Below the pieces are notes generated by a model. That model saw only the letters and a program-made list of their open reading frames with translations. It searched no databases and had not been told where the DNA came from. Shown piece by piece: positions 61,646-64,000 of a DNA stretch of 64,000 nt. The DNA is from an uncultured Chloroflexia bacterium (GTDB lineage Bacteria > Chloroflexota > Anaerolineae > Promineifilales > Promineifilaceae): the NCBI GenBank assembly GCA_963695505.1, contig CAVOGX010000012.1, positions 120,768-184,767 of the forward strand, given 5' to 3'. The position numbers were made by a program, and so were the translations under genes. How positions within the stretch are numbered: the first letter of the stretch is position 1; every line of letters starts with the position of its first letter.

Positions 61646-63394
61646 ATGTTTATTGATGGGCTAGGCATTTCAAACTACAGAAGTTTCGGGAATGAGATTC
61701 AACTGATGAGTCCATTCGCGAAAATAAATCTTTTCATCGGGAAAAACAACTCGGGGAAATCCAATATCCTTCTGTTTTTTTCAAACCATTATCAACAAAC
61801 ACTTAATGCTTTTCATAACAAAAATGCGAGTTTGAGTCTACAAGCATTAGATCGACCTGTTGGGATCAGTTCTGACAAAATAAGAATTGCATTCCCACTT
61901 GTCCCAGAACGTAGAGCCTATAAAACTTTACTTGACAAATGTGAAAAGGCATTAGGCTCATCCCAATTATTAGTGAAAGTATTGAGTTCGAAAGCTTTTT
62001 CATTTGGAGCGGAGGATATTTGGTTATCTTTTGAGTCCCAATGGGATGGGAATAAAATACTGATCTTTCCCAGTGGCATTTTCAAATCAATTCAGTCTGA
62101 AAATGTTTTGAGAGAAGGAGAGTGGCAAAAACTTTGGAGTTCACTGGTAGAAAAATCAGGTGGAAGTATTAATAGACATTGGATACCTGAGACCATCGAT
62201 TGGATACGAAGGAACACCGAATTCGCTATTCCGAAGGTAACATTAATTCCGGCAATTCGTCGAGTACAAGCTGGTCAATCTGAATCTGATGATTATAGCA
62301 GTTTGGGAATCATCGATCGCCTTGCGAAACTGCAAAACCCAGATTATGACCAACAAGGTTTGAAGGATGCCTTTGAAGAAATTAATAATTTTCTCCGCAA
62401 CGTAACCGGAGATAATTCTGCTACTCTTGAAATACCATATGAGCGTGACAAAATAATTGTTCACATGAATAACAAATCTTTGCCACTCAGCTCTTTGGGG
62501 ACTGGCATTCATGAAGTCGTAATATTGGCTTCTGCTGCAACAGTTTTGCAGGATCAGGTTATTTGCATTGAAGAACCTGAATTGCATTTACATCCTTCGT
62601 TGCAAAAGAAGTTAATCCAGTACATGGTAGAAAAAACTAATAACCAATATTTTATTACTACACATTCAGCGCATTTGTTGGATACTACAAATGCTGCGAT
62701 ATTTCATGTTTACTTGCGAGATGGGGTGTCTATTATCAGTGCTGTAAATTCTGATTCTCAGAAATCTGCTATTTGTGCTGATCTAGGATATCGCGCATCA
62801 GATTTGTTGCAGACAAATTGTGTTATTTGGGTAGAAGGTCCATCAGATCGTATATATCTAAATCACTGGATAAAAGCACAAGATCCTGATCTTTTCGAAG
62901 GTGTTCACTATTCCATAATGTTTTATGGTGGAAGATTGCTCAGCCACCTAAGCGCAGATGATCCGGAAATTGACGAGTTTATTTCTCTTCGACGATTAAA
63001 TAGAAATATTTGTATTTTGATGGATAGTGATCGTCAAAAACCGCGCTCCCGAATAAATCAGACGAAAAAACGTGTTCAGGATGAGTTCGATAGAGGTCCG
63101 GGGTTTTCGTGGGTGACTAAAGGGCGAGAAGTGGAAAATTATATTGACCCAGAACAACTTGAAACGGCAGTGTGTGAAGTTCATTCACAAGCAACCGGAT
63201 TGATTGATACAAATATGTATGCCAATTGTCTTAAACGGTACAAAACAAAAAAGGGTATTTCAAATCAAGGCGCAGATAAGGTTAAGGTTGCACGTGAGGT
63301 AGTTAAGTCGCCAGCTAATTTGGATGTGCTTGACCTAAAACAAATGATATCGAAAGTTGTTAACTTCATTCATGAATCAAATGACATAAGGTAA
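61646..63394 (+). CDS. OLD-family nuclease: ABC-type ATPase fused to a Toprim domain
   Basis: Walker A FIGKNNSGKSN, signature-like LSSLGTGIHE, Walker B VICIEEPELHLHP, H-loop ITTHSAHLL, Toprim Glu CVIWVEGPSDRIYL and DxD ICILMDSDRQ. ATG 61646 follows AGAGGA (the ORF track gives GTG 61625). Strongly AT-rich. Confidence 0.85.
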   Translation: MFIDGLGISNYRSFGNEIQLMSPFAKINLFIGKNNSGKSNILLFFSNHYQQTLNAFHNKNASLSLQALDRPVGISSDKIRIAFPLVPERRAYKTLLDKCEKALGSSQLLVKVLSSKAFSFGAEDIWLSFESQWDGNKILIFPSGIFKSIQSENVLREGEWQKLWSSLVEKSGGSINRHWIPETIDWIRRNTEFAIPKVTLIPAIRRVQAGQSESDDYSSLGIIDRLAKLQNPDYDQQGLKDAFEEINNFLRNVTGDNSATLEIPYERDKIIVHMNNKSLPLSSLGTGIHEVVILASAATVLQDQVICIEEPELHLHPSLQKKLIQYMVEKTNNQYFITTHSAHLLDTTNAAIFHVYLRDGVSIISAVNSDSQKSAICADLGYRASDLLQTNCVIWVEGPSDRIYLNHWIKAQDPDLFEGVHYSIMFYGGRLLSHLSADDPEIDEFISLRRLNRNICILMDSDRQKPRSRINQTKKRVQDEFDRGPGFSWVTKGREVENYIDPEQLETAVCEVHSQATGLIDTNMYANCLKRYKTKKGISNQGADKVKVAREVVKSPANLDVLDLKQMISKVVNFIHESNDIR

Positions 63395-63555
63395 AGGGCA
63401 CCAGCCAACTTGGGTTGTGTCTGACCAGGGCTAAGCCCTGCGGGGAAGCGGCGCGATTTTTGATGAGTTAGCCTGAGGCAAAGGATCGTCAGGGTCAAAC
63501 CCGCCCCGGCAGCTAAGCCAACCGTTAGGCAGCAACCCCAGATGGAGGTTCAGAT

Positions 63556-64000
63556 ATGGTGAACAGAGAGCGGCGCGATTGGTCACACTTCGCCCTGCTG
63601 CTCGTCGATGTGCAGCAGAGCTTCTGGCCGGTGCAGGGCAGGCCGGACTTCCCCGACTTCCCGGCAAACGTAGCGCGCCTGCTGGCTCTCTGCCGGTCCG
63701 AAGGGCTGGAAGTCATCCACGTGCGCTCCCGGTTCAAGCCGGACAAGTCGGATTGGATGCTCATGTACCGCCTGCGCGTCCCCGTCAGCTCATCACCCAT
63801 GCGTAGCCGGGCAGGAGGGAGAAAAGCCGGCGCCCTTTGCCGCCAGCGAACCTGGGGAGCTTGTTGTCTACAAGCAGACCTTCGATGCCCTGCATACGCC
63901 GGAACTGGTTCCCTATCTGCGCGAGAATGACAAGCGGGTCCTCTTGGTGGCCGGGCTGCTTACTTCGGTTTGCGTCTTCTTTACCGCAGCATCGGCTGCC
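63556..64000 (+). pseudogene. Isochorismatase-family cysteine hydrolase (partial at window edge, frameshift near 63790)
   Basis: FALLLVDVQQSFW... and, in another frame, ...KQTFDALHTPELVPYLRENDKRVLLVAGLLTSVCVFFTA. Confidence 0.7.

Noticed and set aside
59953-63400. Classical integrase-mediated genomic island or prophage remnant
   Set aside because: There is no integrase, recombinase, tRNA or phage structural gene. The flanking repeat is a gene 3' end plus intergenic region present only on the left and in the middle, which fits homologous-recombination stacking better.

Overview
High-GC bacterial chromosomal segment. Gene content (several GT-C membrane glycosyltransferases, DUF2723, minCDE-rodA, REC-GAF kinases) suggests a filamentous Chloroflexota-like organism, but I cannot prove lineage from sequence alone.

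Genes, in order:
- DinB and GNAT genes, a PcrA/UvrD helicase and a NYN RNase-like gene.
- A catabolic-looking cluster: two PLP enzymes, carbamate kinase, a YgeW-like and an ATCase-like transcarbamylase, a HutC regulator, and adenine deaminase nearby.
- Two REC-GAF histidine kinases.
- Two architecturally different prolyl-tRNA synthetases in tandem.
- DUF47 and PiT.
- AmmeMemoRadiSam genes separated by an IS plus an S8 peptidase segment.
- minCDE, rodA, gltX and bcp.
- A long envelope-glycosylation region.

Three layers of structure are not explained by the genes:
1. A hyper-abundant palindrome ACGGCCGT (extended GGAAACGGCCGTTTCC), about 90 copies by hand count. It is absent from the foreign-looking segments.
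2. Tracts of 30-100 nt made of tandem 7-8 nt units. They form hairpins in operon spacers and sit in-frame inside envelope-protein genes.
3. An AT-rich ~3 kb island at 60.3-63.4 kb with an orphan 248-aa gene and an OLD-family ABC-ATPase/Toprim nuclease. Each gene is preceded by a copy of the same ~400-bp module: a relic 3' end of the upstream glycosyltransferase gene, a sigma70-like promoter and a conserved 17-codon mini-ORF.

The island is the best candidate for an undescribed accessory or defence locus.

Caveat: many conserved genes are broken by single-base frameshifts that look like homopolymer indel errors. 'Pseudogene' here describes the assembly, not necessarily the biology. No rRNA, tRNA or CRISPR array was found.
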